Positions 47,178-57,396 of a stretch of DNA of 64,000 bases are shown piece by piece. Location of the stretch: NCBI GenBank assembly GCA_026708035.1, contig JAPOVQ010000013.1, positions 9,372 to 73,371 of the forward strand, in the 5' to 3' direction. The DNA is from Chloroflexota bacterium (GTDB lineage: Bacteria > Chloroflexota > UBA11872). Made by a program: the position numbers and the translations under genes. Below the pieces are notes generated by a model, which saw nothing but the letters and a program-made list of their open reading frames with translations, did no database searches and was not told where the DNA came from. Positions within the stretch are counted from its first letter, which is position 1. The number at the start of each line of letters is the position of its first letter.

Positions 47178-49793
47178 CTAGTGCGGGATCCCCAGCGCGT
47201 GCATGCGCCGGTGGATGGCTTCGCGGGCCTCGTGGAACGGTCGCTCGAGAAACGCCCCGTGGTCGACTTCGCCGTGGTGGTGGCTGGCGTGACCCGCCGG
47301 ATATTGCGTGCTGCGGTGGCGGATGTAGTCCAGGCTGCCGTCGATCAGCGTGAGCATGTATTGCGCCGTGGCGTCGCTCCACATGGACCACTCGGCGTCG
47401 CCGTCGGCGACGTAGACCGGCGACGTGTGGGCGAACCGCTGGCGGTGCCAGCCGTCGTGGTGCTCGGGTGCGTCGAAATAGGACGGCCCGCCGCAGCGCG
47501 CCGCGAGCCAGCTGGGCGCCGCGACCTCCAGCGTCTCGGACAGCCGCAGTTGCCGCGCGCCTCCTGACGCCTGCGCCTCGGCCACCACCTGCCCTTCCCG
47601 CACGATCTGCAGGCTGTGGACCGGCAGGATCGACTCGACCGACGCCTCAACCGTGACGCTGCCGCCGTTGCTATCCAGATGCAGCGTGTCGCCGGGCTCG
47701 TGGCCCTCCACGCGCAGGCTGATGATCGGCCCGCCGCTGAGGAAGGTGCGCCCCGCCGCCATGTTCGCGCACCAGGACTCGTAGCTGAACGGCTGGTCGG
47801 ACGGCAGCCGCACGTAGGTGCGATAGAGCCCGACCGGCACCTCGGACGACATCTTGTCCGTGCCCCCGACCAGCGGCAGGCGGTAGCCGCCGTTGAGATA
47901 GCGGTAGTACTCGATGTGCGCGAACGGCCCCTGGGTGAGCATCTCGACGGCGTCGGCGCGGCCGGTCGCGATCAGGGCAGCCGGCTCGCCGTTGGGAAAC
48001 GGCAGATGCGGGATGACCACCGTGCCGCCCTGGGCATGGCAGGCGTCGGCCCAGTGGGAGAGCGTGGTCTCCATTGATCCGCCCGGCTCCGCCTCGGTCG
48101 GCCCGTCGGAGCACCAGGGCATCACCGGGTCCGTGAGCCCCAGCAGGGTCAGGTGTCCCAGGAAGTGCTGCCGGTTCTCCTGCGAGACGTAGACGATGGT
48201 GCGGCCGTCGTTCGACACGCGTGGCCGGCCGATGAAGTCCTCGGTGTTGGTGAAGAGCGAGCCCCACTGCGACTGCAAGACGTTGACCACGTTCAGGTCC
48301 TCGCCCGCGGCCTCGACGTTGGCGCCGTCGCCCGAGAGGAAGTGGACGTGCGTGTCGCCGCTGTACCAGCCCTGGGCGTTCATATCGGTCCAACGGTCGA
48401 GGCGCAGCTCGAGCTCGCGCTGGCCGGGATTGATGTCGATCGCGGCGCGCAACGGCTCGTACTCGAACCCGCGGGCCACGTCCACCAGCACCCGACCCGT
48501 GGGCAGCCACCCCTGGCAGCGGCCGTCGATGTAGGCGTAGGTGGCCTGGTCCATTCGCAGGTCGCCCCCCACGTCCACGTGCCAGGTGTCGTGCTCGGCG
48601 TTCAGGTGGGAGTGGTGTCCGTGGGGCTGATATGGCACGCCCTCCGGCGAGCGGAAGTGAATGCGGCAGGGCACGGGGCGTCCGGTGGCCGCGTCGACGA
48701 CGCGCGTGTGCACCCAGGCGCGTCCGGACTCCGATGCGCGCACGGTGAGCCGATCGGACGGCGTCAGCTCGCCCTTGGCCGTGAGCTCGCCAAAGCGCAC
48801 CCGTCCCAGCTCCTCGCCCTCCAACTCCACGCGCACGGTGGCCGACGGCGTGGCCGCGATTTCGCTGTAGGCCGGGCTGCTGCCCGGGTTCTTGGGCTCG
48901 CCCCAGCCGGCGGTGTCCGAGGCCAAGAATGCGTCCGGGTCGCGGGGCAGCGGGTGGGCGTGCGTCGCGGTGCCGCGGTCGACGGCAACCTCCACCGCGA
49001 ACGGTCGCTCCGCGTCCTCCGGCTGCGGCAGCTCGACCACCACCGCCCGGCGAGCGTCGGCGCGCAGCGGGTCCTCGTCGACCGTGCCCACGCAGATTCC
49101 GCAGAGGACAACGTCGCGTTCAGTGGGACGCACTTCGACCGACGCGATCTCAACGTCGGGGTGGGGATTGCGCCAGGGGAACAGCGAGAACGCGGGCAGC
49201 GGCGGCGTGCCGACATCCGTCAGCACGCGCCCCATTCCGTCGCGCTCGACCACATCGCGCGGGGCCGCGGGCGGGTCGGCTTGGGGAAGCGCCAGGAACG
49301 GGGCGCCGACGCGGAACATGTCGGTGGAGTGCGCGGTCACGCCGATCTCGAAGCGCTCGCGAATCGGAATGTCGTGCGTCTCACCGTCGGCGAAGTGCAC
49401 CCGGTAGACGGCGACTGTGTCGCCCGGCAGATCGCCCTCGGGCAGGCGCGATGACGCCAGCGAGTGCGCGAAGGTGACGGTAAGCGCCGCGCGCCCGATC
49501 TCGATGCGCCGCGGCTCGGAGTGGCCGTCAGGACCGAATAGCGCCACCTGCGAGGCTTCCGCGTCACCGATATCAAAGGGCAAACCGCGCACGTCCCGCC
49601 GCCCGAGCCACTCACGGCCTTCGTCGCCGATCAAGCCGGCATCGGCATTGCACAGGGGAGCAATCGTCAGCGCCTCGTAGTCGGACATGAGAAACCTCGC
49701 GCGGCCGGCCGGCGTGCCGCGATGGTGGCGGTCCGGCGCTCGGGCGTCAACGCGCCCGGCAGCGAGGGATCCGCGGCCGGTCGGGGCGGCCAC
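47178..49793 (-). CDS. Large protein with a PHP/CehA-McbA-like metallohydrolase motif; function unknown.
   Basis: GWYSGDTHVHFLSGDGANVEAAG resembles the PHP-domain DxHxH..S.DG metal site. 871 aa in the track; the likely true start is the internal MSDYEALTIAPL at ~49688. My reading of this N-terminal stretch disagreed with the track by 1 nt, so the coordinate is approximate. Confidence 0.4.
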   Translation of the reverse strand: MAAPTGRGSLAAGRVDARAPDRHHRGTPAGRARFLMSDYEALTIAPLCNADAGLIGDEGREWLGRRDVRGLPFDIGDAEASQVALFGPDGHSEPRRIEIGRAALTVTFAHSLASSRLPEGDLPGDTVAVYRVHFADGETHDIPIRERFEIGVTAHSTDMFRVGAPFLALPQADPPAAPRDVVERDGMGRVLTDVGTPPLPAFSLFPWRNPHPDVEIASVEVRPTERDVVLCGICVGTVDEDPLRADARRAVVVELPQPEDAERPFAVEVAVDRGTATHAHPLPRDPDAFLASDTAGWGEPKNPGSSPAYSEIAATPSATVRVELEGEELGRVRFGELTAKGELTPSDRLTVRASESGRAWVHTRVVDAATGRPVPCRIHFRSPEGVPYQPHGHHSHLNAEHDTWHVDVGGDLRMDQATYAYIDGRCQGWLPTGRVLVDVARGFEYEPLRAAIDINPGQRELELRLDRWTDMNAQGWYSGDTHVHFLSGDGANVEAAGEDLNVVNVLQSQWGSLFTNTEDFIGRPRVSNDGRTIVYVSQENRQHFLGHLTLLGLTDPVMPWCSDGPTEAEPGGSMETTLSHWADACHAQGGTVVIPHLPFPNGEPAALIATGRADAVEMLTQGPFAHIEYYRYLNGGYRLPLVGGTDKMSSEVPVGLYRTYVRLPSDQPFSYESWCANMAAGRTFLSGGPIISLRVEGHEPGDTLHLDSNGGSVTVEASVESILPVHSLQIVREGQVVAEAQASGGARQLRLSETLEVAAPSWLAARCGGPSYFDAPEHHDGWHRQRFAHTSPVYVADGDAEWSMWSDATAQYMLTLIDGSLDYIRHRSTQYPAGHASHHHGEVDHGAFLERPFHEAREAIHRRMHALGIPH

Positions 49794-49794
49794 T

Positions 49795-50090
49795 AGGGCC
49801 GCCCCTGCAGGAACGGCCCCTTCGGTGTAGGGGCAGCCCTAGTGGCTGCCCTGCCCGGAGGCCCAGGCTGCGCGCCCGGTGGCCCACGCTGCGTGCAGCC
49901 TGGGAGACTCACACGCAGCCGGTCCGGTCCCCTCTCCCGCGGGGAGAGGGACAGGGTGAGGGGACGGCCGCTCCCGCGCTGCGTGCAGCCTGGGAGACTC
50001 ACACGCAGCGAGTCCGGTCCCCTCTCCCGCGGGGAGAGGGACAGGGTGAGGGGACGGCCGCTCCAACGCTGCGCGCAGCGCGGGCCACCG
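49795..50090. repeat. Repeat cluster with a tandem duplication of an ~85-bp unit (module C half plus module B).
   Basis: Two consecutive copies of ctgcgtgcagcctgggagactcacacgcagc[c/g]gg/agtccggtcccctctcccgcggggagagggacagggtgaggggacggccgctcc, preceded by cccggaggcccaggctgcgcgcccggtggcccacg and followed by aacgctgcgcgcagcgcgggcc. Confidence 0.8.
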
Positions 50091-50107
50091 AACGCCCCCT
50101 GCGCCCG

Positions 50108-50863
50108 TCAGACCTTGAGCGGGTGGTCCTCGTCGAGCAAGGCCTGGATCGGCTCCTCGTCCACGTGACTCGCATCCGTGCGGATGTAGTGGCAGGCATA
50201 GGCCCGCCGCCAGGCGTCGCTGGTGTTGGGCGCGGACATGTGGAACGTCAGCAGGTGATGGAAGATCACGCCGCCCGCGCGCACCGGCGCGTGCACCGGC
50301 GCGGGCAAGTCCAGACGCTCCGGTATCAGATGCGTCGTGCCGCCCTCCCACACGTGCTGCACGGCGCCCTCAAGATGCGAGCCGGCGAAGTACTGCATGC
50401 AGCCGTTGGCCACCGTGGCGTCGTCCAGCGCGCACCACACCGTCACGCCCCAATCGGCAGGGTCGATGCCGAAGTGGGCGTTGTCCTGGTGCGGGGGCTT
50501 GGCGCTGCCCTGCCGTGGCGGCTTGAGAAACGCCTGATCGGAGTACAGCCGCAGCGGCTCGCCAATGAGCTGGCCCACCATCTCCAGCAACCCTGGCGAC
50601 TCGGCGTGCCGGAGAAAGACGGCGTCGTGCGGCGCCAGTTCGTTCAGCTTGCGGGGCAACGCGCCGTCGGCGGGAGCGTCGGGCTCGAGCTGCACTCCCA
50701 TGCGCTCGGCGTCGGCGCTGCCGGCGGGCGACGTCACGGCGTCGATGCGCCGGCGCATTTCTTCCACCTGGGCCGGAGGCACGACGTTTTCCACGACGAG
50801 GTAGCCATCGGCGCGGAATTGGGCGACTTGAGCGTCGGTCAGCGGCATCGGCTCAACTTCCAA
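50108..50863 (-). CDS. Phytanoyl-CoA dioxygenase (PhyH)-family Fe(II)/2-oxoglutarate oxygenase.
   Basis: [36 protein letters not shown].. (PhyH N-terminal signature); later His/Asp blocks (..HQDNAHFG.., ..[12 protein letters not shown]..). Confidence 0.65.
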   Translation of the reverse strand: MEVEPMPLTDAQVAQFRADGYLVVENVVPPAQVEEMRRRIDAVTSPAGSADAERMGVQLEPDAPADGALPRKLNELAPHDAVFLRHAESPGLLEMVGQLIGEPLRLYSDQAFLKPPRQGSAKPPHQDNAHFGIDPADWGVTVWCALDDATVANGCMQYFAGSHLEGAVQHVWEGGTTHLIPERLDLPAPVHAPVRAGGVIFHHLLTFHMSAPNTSDAWRRAYACHYIRTDASHVDEEPIQALLDEDHPLKV

Positions 50864-50879
50864 GCAGGACGAATTGCCC

Positions 50880-51377
50880 TTACTCTAGCGTTTCCTCGAG
50901 GATTTCCGCCGCCTGCGCCTCACGCCGCTGCCGCAGCGTCTCGCGCAGCGCCGGATCGGCCGTGGCGAGAATCTGCGTGGCCAGGATCCCGGCGTTCACC
51001 GCGCCGGCCTTGCCGATGGCGACCGTGGCCACGGGGATTCCGCGCGGCATCTGCACCGTCGACAGCAGCGAGTCGAGGCCGTCAAGCGACCAGGCCTGCA
51101 TCGGCACGCCGATCACGGGCAGCATGGTGTGCGCGGCCACGACGCCGGCCAGGTGCGCCGCGCCGCCGGCGGCGGCGATGATCACGCCCAGCCCGCGCGC
51201 CTCCGCCGTGCTGGCGTATTCCGCCGTTTCGGCGGGCGTGCGATGAGCCGAGAGCACCCGCGCCTCGTGCGCGATGCCCAGCTCTTCCAGGGTGTCGGCA
51301 GCAGATTTCATCGTGCCCCAGTCGGAGGCGCTGCCCATCAAGATGCCGACTTTCGGGTCGGAGGATTCGTTGCTCAT
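50880..51377 (-). CDS. purE: N5-carboxyaminoimidazole ribonucleotide mutase PurE.
   Basis: Track ORF 50880..51473 trimmed to [92 protein letters not shown]. Confidence 0.85.
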   Translation of the reverse strand: MSNESSDPKVGILMGSASDWGTMKSAADTLEELGIAHEARVLSAHRTPAETAEYASTAEARGLGVIIAAAGGAAHLAGVVAAHTMLPVIGVPMQAWSLDGLDSLLSTVQMPRGIPVATVAIGKAGAVNAGILATQILATADPALRETLRQRREAQAAEILEETLE

Positions 51378-51384
51378 AGATTCG

Positions 51385-52836
51385 TCACTCGCCTTGCGCC
51401 AGGGAATATGCGCGCTCGCCGTCAAACGTACACAAGTGCTCGGTTTTGGTGAAGTCCAGACCCGTCGCGACAATGCGCCCCAGAAGGGCGACGATTTGGG
51501 CGTGATCCACGGCCGCGCCGTCGTCGCCCGTGAACCGGGCCCGCCACTGGTCCACCAATAGGCCGTCGGCCACGTTGACGGGCCAGACCTGGGCGCCGCG
51601 GTTGCTGATCATCTGTAGGGAGAGGTCGGCACCGTCAGCTTCGTGCAGCTGCCGTGCCAGGTCCTCGGGCTCTCCGCCGCTCCAATCCAGAAAGACATCG
51701 ACGCCGACGGTCAGCTTGGCTGGTGTGGTGCTCGGGACCGACGCCGGGTGCACCGGGGTTCGGCCGCCAACTCCGTATACGGCGACGGGCAGCGTCCGGG
51801 GCAACTCACCGATGCGGTCGGCCACGGCCTGTCCGAATTCCCGCGTGCCGACCTTGGCCTTGCTGTACTCCGGCGTGTGGATGTCGTAGGTGTGAATGCC
51901 GTCCTCGAGCGTTCGCAGCCAAGCGTTTTGCACGCGCCCGGCCACGTCGGCCTGGCCGATGTGGTCCAGCATCAGCACCGCGGCGTTGAGCAGGCCTGAC
52001 GGATTGGCCAGGTTCTGTCCCGCGCGTCGCGGCGCGGACCCGTGGATGGCCTCGAACATCGCCGCGTTCTCGCCGATATTGGCGGCCCCGGCGAGTCCCA
52101 CCGAGCCGGCGATCTGCGCCGCCACGTCGGACAGGATGTCGCCGTAGAGGTTCGGCAGCACCACCACGTCGAACATCTCCGGCGTGTCGGCCAGCTTGGC
52201 CGCGCCGATGTCCACGATCCAGTACTCGGCTTCGATGTCCGGATACTCCGCCGCAAGCTCGTCGAAGACCTCGTGAAAGAGGCCGTCCGACAGCTTCATG
52301 ATGTTGTCCTTGGCGAAGGCGGTGACCTTGGACCGACCGTGATGCCGCGCGTACTCGAAGGCGTAGCGAATGATGCGCTCGCTGCCGGGACGGCTGATGA
52401 GCTTGAGCGACTGCATCACGTCGGCGGACTGGCGGTATTCGATCCCGGCGTAGAGGTCTTCTTCGTTCTCGCGGATCAGTACGACGTTCATGTCCGGGTG
52501 GTGCTTGGTCTGGATGCAGGGGTGAAACGTGGCGGCGGGGCGCACGTTGGCAAAGAGGCCGAGCGCGACGCGCGTGGTGACGTTGAGGCTCTTGAAGCCA
52601 CCGCCCTGCGGCGTGGTGATGGGCGCCTTGAGAAAGACCCGAGTGCGCCGGATGGACTCCCAAGCGGCGTCGTCGATGCCGGTGGTGATGCCGCGCCGGT
52701 AGACCTGCTCACCAATCTCGATGACTTCAGGCTCGATGCGCGCCCCGGCGGTTTCGAGCACGTGCATGACGGCCGGCATGATTTCGGGGCCGATGCCGTC
52801 GCCATAGGCCACGGTGATCGGGGTCTTTTCGGTCAT
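51385..52836 (-). CDS. Isocitrate/isopropylmalate dehydrogenase-family enzyme, isocitrate-dehydrogenase-like.
   Basis: [49 protein letters not shown] and [18 protein letters not shown] match conserved IDH blocks. There is an unusual C-terminal extension. Confidence 0.65.
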   Translation of the reverse strand: MTEKTPITVAYGDGIGPEIMPAVMHVLETAGARIEPEVIEIGEQVYRRGITTGIDDAAWESIRRTRVFLKAPITTPQGGGFKSLNVTTRVALGLFANVRPAATFHPCIQTKHHPDMNVVLIRENEEDLYAGIEYRQSADVMQSLKLISRPGSERIIRYAFEYARHHGRSKVTAFAKDNIMKLSDGLFHEVFDELAAEYPDIEAEYWIVDIGAAKLADTPEMFDVVVLPNLYGDILSDVAAQIAGSVGLAGAANIGENAAMFEAIHGSAPRRAGQNLANPSGLLNAAVLMLDHIGQADVAGRVQNAWLRTLEDGIHTYDIHTPEYSKAKVGTREFGQAVADRIGELPRTLPVAVYGVGGRTPVHPASVPSTTPAKLTVGVDVFLDWSGGEPEDLARQLHEADGADLSLQMISNRGAQVWPVNVADGLLVDQWRARFTGDDGAAVDHAQIVALLGRIVATGLDFTKTEHLCTFDGERAYSLAQGE

Positions 52837-52913
52837 TCAGGACTCCTGCGCGAGGCAACGGCGCCTAGCATATCGCCGCCGTCACCCGGCGTCTCCGGTT
52901 CGGGTCACCGCGC

Positions 52914-53489
52914 TCACGCCCAACGCAGCGTGGGATCGCCGGGGACGTAGCGGACGAACTCGCGAAGTGCCGCCATGAGCTGGCGCACCCGCTCGCGCAG
53001 GCGCTCGTCGGTGAGCCGACCGTGATCGTCAAATGCGCGCCAGGCCCCGGCCACGAACACCTCCGGGTCGATCATCACGCGCATGCTGTTGTGCAGCGCG
53101 ATCTCCCGTAGATGCATCTGCGCTCGCACCGTGCCGAAGCGCCCGCCCGCGCCCATGATGGCCATGGGCTTGCCGTCCAGCGGCGAGTCGGGCCCCCGCG
53201 AGGCCCAGTCGATGGCGTTCTTGAGCACGCCGGGGATGGAGTAGTTGTACTCCGGCGTCGCTACCACCAGGCCGTCGGCGGCTGCAAGGGCCTGGCGAAA
53301 CTCCTCGACCGGCGCGGGAAGGCCGTCGTCCTCGAGGTCGCGGTTGTAAAGCGGAAGCGGCGCCAGGTCAACGATGTCGATGCGCGTATCGGCGGGCGCG
53401 AGAGCCTGGGCTTCGCGCAAGAGCGCCGCGTTGAACGAATCGCGGCGCAGGCTCCCGGCGATTCCCGCCAGCACAATCTCTTCGGCCAT
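52914..53489 (-). CDS. NADPH-dependent FMN reductase family protein.
   Basis: Track ORF 52914..53618 trimmed to MAEEIVLAGIAGSLRRDSFNAALLREAQALAP...VVATPEYNYSIPGVLKNAIDWASRG. Confidence 0.7.
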   Translation of the reverse strand: MAEEIVLAGIAGSLRRDSFNAALLREAQALAPADTRIDIVDLAPLPLYNRDLEDDGLPAPVEEFRQALAAADGLVVATPEYNYSIPGVLKNAIDWASRGPDSPLDGKPMAIMGAGGRFGTVRAQMHLREIALHNSMRVMIDPEVFVAGAWRAFDDHGRLTDERLRERVRQLMAALREFVRYVPGDPTLRWA

Positions 53490-53625
53490 CGTGCAACCTG
53501 TTCCTCGGCGCCATGGGTCCGGCGACTTGTCTTCCCCACCATGATCAGCGGGTGGCGGCGCGCGGCCAAGAGGATTCCTGGGCTCCACTGCCGCGGCGGA
53601 CGCCCCAGCCGCGTTCAACGCCGAT

Positions 53626-54555
53626 CTAGACCGGCATGTCGCGCTTGGTGTAGCTCCGTCCGAATGCGGCGTGGGCCTCGCCGCCGCCGATGATCAGGGC
53701 GCCGATCTCGTCGATCAGATGCCGCACCTGCTCCTCGCCGGTCATGGCCGGGTCCGCCCAGCTGCACAGGAACGGGAGGCCCGCCGCGCCGCAGGCGGCG
53801 CGGACGGCCGTGCGGGCGGCGTCCATCTCGGGTGGGTAGGGCGGGTCGTGCCGCGAGGCATGGCCGAATGACATGCCCATGTCGCCCGGACCCCACTCGG
53901 CGAAGCCGATCCCGGGCACGGCGGTCGTCTCACGGGCGCGTTGTACGGCGTGCCGGTCCTCGATCTTGAGACCCAGCAGCAGCTCCCCATGCGGGTTGAG
54001 CGGCCATGGATCGGCGACGCGCAGGTATGCCTCGGAATCGAGCCCCCATATCTCGGCCGCGGCGGCCTGCCCGCCGGCGCCGCGCGTGCCCTCGCCCAGG
54101 CCCGACCCGACGCCGATGGTCTGAAACGGATAGCGGCAGGCCTCCACGAAGGCGCGCACCGCCGCCGGGTCGCGCGCGTGGCACAGCAGCAGCCCATGAA
54201 CGCCCGCGGTGAGGATGTGCCGGATCTGCCACGCGTTGGCGTGGATCTCGGCCGGGGACGCGCCGTGGGCCGGGAGCGTGCAAATCACCGTCGGCGTGGG
54301 ATGGCCGCTCCGCGTCGGCCCCGCATCGCGCAGTCCGCGCATGAAGGCGGCCAGCCCGACCACGTCGAGCGGAAAGTGCTCGAACTCGACGGTGAGGTAG
54401 TCCGCCCAGGTGCCGGACTGCTCGCGGCCGGCCTCGTAGCTCAGCTCGGGCACGCCGTCCATGTAGATCGGCTGGCCGGACTCGAGCAGCTCAATGCAAC
54501 GGTTGACGCGGGCCACACGCGGTCCTCTCGCTAAAGCGAACTCTCGCGCCGCCAT
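53626..54555 (-). CDS. HpcH/HpaI-family aldolase (2-keto-3-deoxy-sugar-acid aldolase; RhmA-like).
   Basis: Track ORF 53626..54675 trimmed to MAAREF... The block ELSYEAG..GTWADYLTVEFEHFPLD parallels RhmA LIDGEHAP. The gene start abuts the stop of the upstream phosphorylase gene. Confidence 0.55.
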   Translation of the reverse strand: MAAREFALARGPRVARVNRCIELLESGQPIYMDGVPELSYEAGREQSGTWADYLTVEFEHFPLDVVGLAAFMRGLRDAGPTRSGHPTPTVICTLPAHGASPAEIHANAWQIRHILTAGVHGLLLCHARDPAAVRAFVEACRYPFQTIGVGSGLGEGTRGAGGQAAAAEIWGLDSEAYLRVADPWPLNPHGELLLGLKIEDRHAVQRARETTAVPGIGFAEWGPGDMGMSFGHASRHDPPYPPEMDAARTAVRAACGAAGLPFLCSWADPAMTGEEQVRHLIDEIGALIIGGGEAHAAFGRSYTKRDMPV

Positions 54556-54556
54556 C

Positions 54557-55354
54557 CTACGCTTTGGCGGCGACGAGCTTGCGGGCCGCCGCCAGCATGA
54601 CCCGCGCGAGGTCGGCGCAATTGGCGCGATATTCGTCCGTGCCGAAGATGTTGCCCCACCCGGGGTCGAACACATGGTCGCTGACGGTGAGGACCATCCC
54701 GATGTCGACGCCCCGCACGGCGGCCAGCGTCAACACCGCCGAGGTCTCCATCTCGACGCCCAGGTCACCCTCGGCGGCGTAGCGCACGACCTTGCCGCGA
54801 AACTCGCGGTACGGGGCGTCGGTGGTCCAGACACGGCCCTCGTGAGCGGGACGCGGGCCCTCGTGCGCGGCCTCCAGCAGCGCGTGCGTGGCGGGGCCTG
54901 AAGCGGCGGCCGCATGCTCGGGCCCGGCGTAGTGAAATGACGTGCCCTCCTCGCGCCGCGCGTCGGTGGGCACGACGTTGTGGCCAATGTGAATGTGCGG
55001 CTGCAGGCTGCCAATGGCGCCGCCGATGAGGATGGTGCGCGCTCCGCCCGCGATCAGCTCTTCGAGCGTCATGACCGTCCACGATGCCCCGGCCGACAGC
55101 TTGGCGACCGCCGCAGGCATCCCATCGAGCTCGCCGACGCGCACGCCGGAGCGCCACGTGGGCTGGCCCCCAATCGTGTCTGCGATGACTTCAACGGTCG
55201 GCGGCATGAACGAGGCAAGCACCAGTGGGGCGCTCGCGGTGCTCTGGGCCTCGCCGGCGCGCTCGGCCATCTCGCACATATGGCGGCCGGGATCGATGAC
55301 CGGCGCGTCGTCGCCGAACGCGTCGAGCCAGTCGAAGGGTGCGGTTGGCGGCAT
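54557..55354 (-). CDS. PNP/UDP-family nucleoside phosphorylase/hydrolase (MTAP/MTAN-like).
   Basis: GVEMETSAV EME motif and TILIGGAIGSLQP Gly-rich block. Confidence 0.55.
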   Translation of the reverse strand: MPPTAPFDWLDAFGDDAPVIDPGRHMCEMAERAGEAQSTASAPLVLASFMPPTVEVIADTIGGQPTWRSGVRVGELDGMPAAVAKLSAGASWTVMTLEELIAGGARTILIGGAIGSLQPHIHIGHNVVPTDARREEGTSFHYAGPEHAAAASGPATHALLEAAHEGPRPAHEGRVWTTDAPYREFRGKVVRYAAEGDLGVEMETSAVLTLAAVRGVDIGMVLTVSDHVFDPGWGNIFGTDEYRANCADLARVMLAAARKLVAAKA

Positions 55355-55454
55355 GCGGAGTCGGTGGAGATGAGTGGGCGAAAAACGAGCCTAGCAGCCC
55401 GCGGCCGGCGCCCTTGCGCAGCGGGCCTGCGAGCCGCCGCCGCTAGAATGCCGC

Positions 55455-56480
55455 ATGGCAGACGGTCCGATCCTGGTCATTGCCGGGGGTGCGGGATTCA
55501 TCGGCGCGAACTTCGCGCGCTATGTCGCCGCCGCCCGCCCGGAGTGGCAGCTGCGCGTGCTGGACAAGCTCACCTATGCGGGCGACCGGGCGCGCCTGGC
55601 GGGCATTGACGCCGACTTCATCGCGGGCGACATTGCCGACCCGCAGGCTGCAGCATCGGTCCTGGCGGACGCGCGCTGGCTGGTGAACTTCGCCGCCGAA
55701 ACGCACGTGGACCGGTCGCTCCAGGACGCCCAGGCCTTCCTGCGCACCAACGTCACCGGAACCTTCGTGCTCATGAGCGCGGCCAGCGAGGCGGGCGTCG
55801 AGCGCATCGTGCACATCAGCACCGACGAGGTGTACGGCGAGAGCCACGGCGAATCGTTTCACGAGGACGATTTGCTGCGGCCGCGCAGTCCCTATTCCGC
55901 CAGCAAGGCCGGCGGCGACTTGCAGGTGCTGGCGCTCCACGCCACATACGGCCTGCCCGTGTGCATCACGCGCGGGGCCAACACCATCGGCGGCTGGCAG
56001 CACCCCGAGAAGGCCGTGCCGCTGTTCACCATCAACGCCTTGCTCAACAAGCCGCTGCCCCTCTACGGCCGGGGCGAGCAGCGCCGGGACCGGCTGCACG
56101 TGGACGACCACTCGCGCGCCGTCCTCACCGTCCTGGAACGAGGCGAGGTAGGGACGGTGTACAACGTGGCCGCCGGCAACAACCGGGACAACCTCACCGT
56201 CGCCAAGGCAGTTCTTGAGCGGCTGGACCGGCCCGAATCGCTGATCCGGTTCGTCGAGGACCGGCCCGGCCACGACTGGGACTACATCATGGACGCCTCG
56301 CGGCTGGCCGCCCTCGGCTGGCAGCCTGAGCACGACTTTGAGTCGGCGCTGAGCCTCACGGTGGATTGGTACGTCGCGCACCGCGACTGGTGGGAGCCGA
56401 TCGTGGCCGGCGAGTTCCAGGACTACTACGACCGTCTGTACGGCCGGCGTCTCGCCACTTCCGAGGCCTATCGGCCCTAG
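55455..56480 (+). CDS. rmlB: dTDP-glucose 4,6-dehydratase (RmlB/RfbB; extended SDR).
   Basis: ILVIAGGAGFIGANF Rossmann, HISTDEVYGE, catalytic YSASKAG..; length 341 aa. Confidence 0.75.
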   Translation: MADGPILVIAGGAGFIGANFARYVAAARPEWQLRVLDKLTYAGDRARLAGIDADFIAGDIADPQAAASVLADARWLVNFAAETHVDRSLQDAQAFLRTNVTGTFVLMSAASEAGVERIVHISTDEVYGESHGESFHEDDLLRPRSPYSASKAGGDLQVLALHATYGLPVCITRGANTIGGWQHPEKAVPLFTINALLNKPLPLYGRGEQRRDRLHVDDHSRAVLTVLERGEVGTVYNVAAGNNRDNLTVAKAVLERLDRPESLIRFVEDRPGHDWDYIMDASRLAALGWQPEHDFESALSLTVDWYVAHRDWWEPIVAGEFQDYYDRLYGRRLATSEAYRP

Positions 56481-56519
56481 AAGTCCGGCGCGCCGGATCG
56501 TCCCAGGGTCCCGGCGCTC

Positions 56520-57227
56520 ATGCATCGTCCCGCTGGCAAGATGTACTGGTCTGACAAAGGAAGGGCGCTGATGGAGTCGAGCGGTCCCCTCATCGCGCGG
56601 CGCGGCTGGCGCGACGCCTGGGCCTGGATGCGCTGGGACGTTCCCACGCGCATCGTGCTGCTGATCGCCGCACCGTTGATCTGGATCGCCGTGGCTGGCA
56701 TCGACCCGTCCGCAATTGGATTGCGGCTAAGCCTCAACCTGCGCGATTGGCTGCTGACCGCCGCCCTGGCTCTCGGCGCCGCCCTCGTATCGCTGGCCTA
56801 CCGTCGTTGGCTGTGGCGGCCTCGCGCCGCCCCCGACCGATCCGCGCTCGCGCTCGAGTTGCCCTTCTTCGCGGTGCTGAATCCATTCGCCGAGGAGCTG
56901 TTCTTCCGCGGCGCCGCGCTGTTCGGCCTGGCCAATCTGGTGGGCATGCCCTGGGCCATCGCGATCACCTCCGTCGTGTTCGGCGTGCATCACGCGCTGG
57001 CGCGATTTCCGGTCTCGTTCCTTGTCCTAGGGACTCTCGGCGGGGCGCTCTTCGGGATCATCACCGCGTACTTTTGGACCATCATCCCGGCCATCGTCAT
57101 TCATGCAGCCGCCGATCTTGCGGTGTTCGTTGTCGCAGGACCCATGGCTGCTCGGGCGTGGGCCAACGACCCTCAGCCAGGGGTCGAGCCACCCCCGATT
57201 GATAGACTTGCCATGCCGACCCCGTAG
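56520..57227 (+). CDS. CPBP-family (CAAX/Abi) intramembrane metalloprotease.
   Basis: EELFFRG motif (FAEELFFRGAALFGL), second His motif FGVHHAL, multiple TM helices. The true start may be an internal Met. Confidence 0.65.
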   Translation: MHRPAGKMYWSDKGRALMESSGPLIARRGWRDAWAWMRWDVPTRIVLLIAAPLIWIAVAGIDPSAIGLRLSLNLRDWLLTAALALGAALVSLAYRRWLWRPRAAPDRSALALELPFFAVLNPFAEELFFRGAALFGLANLVGMPWAIAITSVVFGVHHALARFPVSFLVLGTLGGALFGIITAYFWTIIPAIVIHAAADLAVFVVAGPMAARAWANDPQPGVEPPPIDRLAMPTP

Positions 57228-57291
57228 CTCAGTTGGATAGAGCGTGTGGTTGCGGACCACAAGGTCGGAGGTTCGAGTCCTCTCGGGGTCG
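57218..57291 (+). tRNA. tRNA-Arg; anticodon read as GCG (unusual, needs tRNAscan confirmation).
   Basis: GACCCCGTAGCTCAGTTGGATAGAGCGTGTGGTTGCGGACCACAAGGTCGGAGGTTCGAGTCCTCTCGGGGTCG. Acceptor GACCCCG/CGGGGTC, anticodon stem TGTGG/CCACA, loop TTGCGGA, T arm identical in type to the bacterial tRNA-Arg(ACG) T arm. Overlaps the stop of the CPBP ORF. Confidence 0.75.
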
Positions 57292-57396
57292 CCCGCGATT
57301 TCCGGCGTTAACGGCTGTGCCAACGGTGCGGCCGCAGTGGCACTTGGAAGTCGGTATCACGCCCTGCCCGAATCCCAAGCCATCGGAGGCTGCTCG

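Noticed and set aside
47178-49793. Overlapping ORFs 47671..48510 (-), 48153..49454 (+), 48929..49477 (+), 46864..47391 (-)
   Set aside because: Shadow ORFs of the 871 aa minus-strand gene; the ones at 46864-47391 also cover a repeat element.
49795-50090. Possible CRISPR array
   Set aside because: Only two tandem units of an ~85-bp element with no unique spacers, the element belongs to the dispersed repeat family, and no cas genes are in the window.
50123-51181. 352 aa plus ORF and other ORFs 50337..52950 on the opposite strand/frame of purE, the isocitrate dehydrogenase gene and the PhyH gene
   Set aside because: Antisense to genes with strong family signatures.
55443-56525. 360 aa minus-strand ORF
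   Set aside because: Antisense to the dTDP-glucose 4,6-dehydratase gene.
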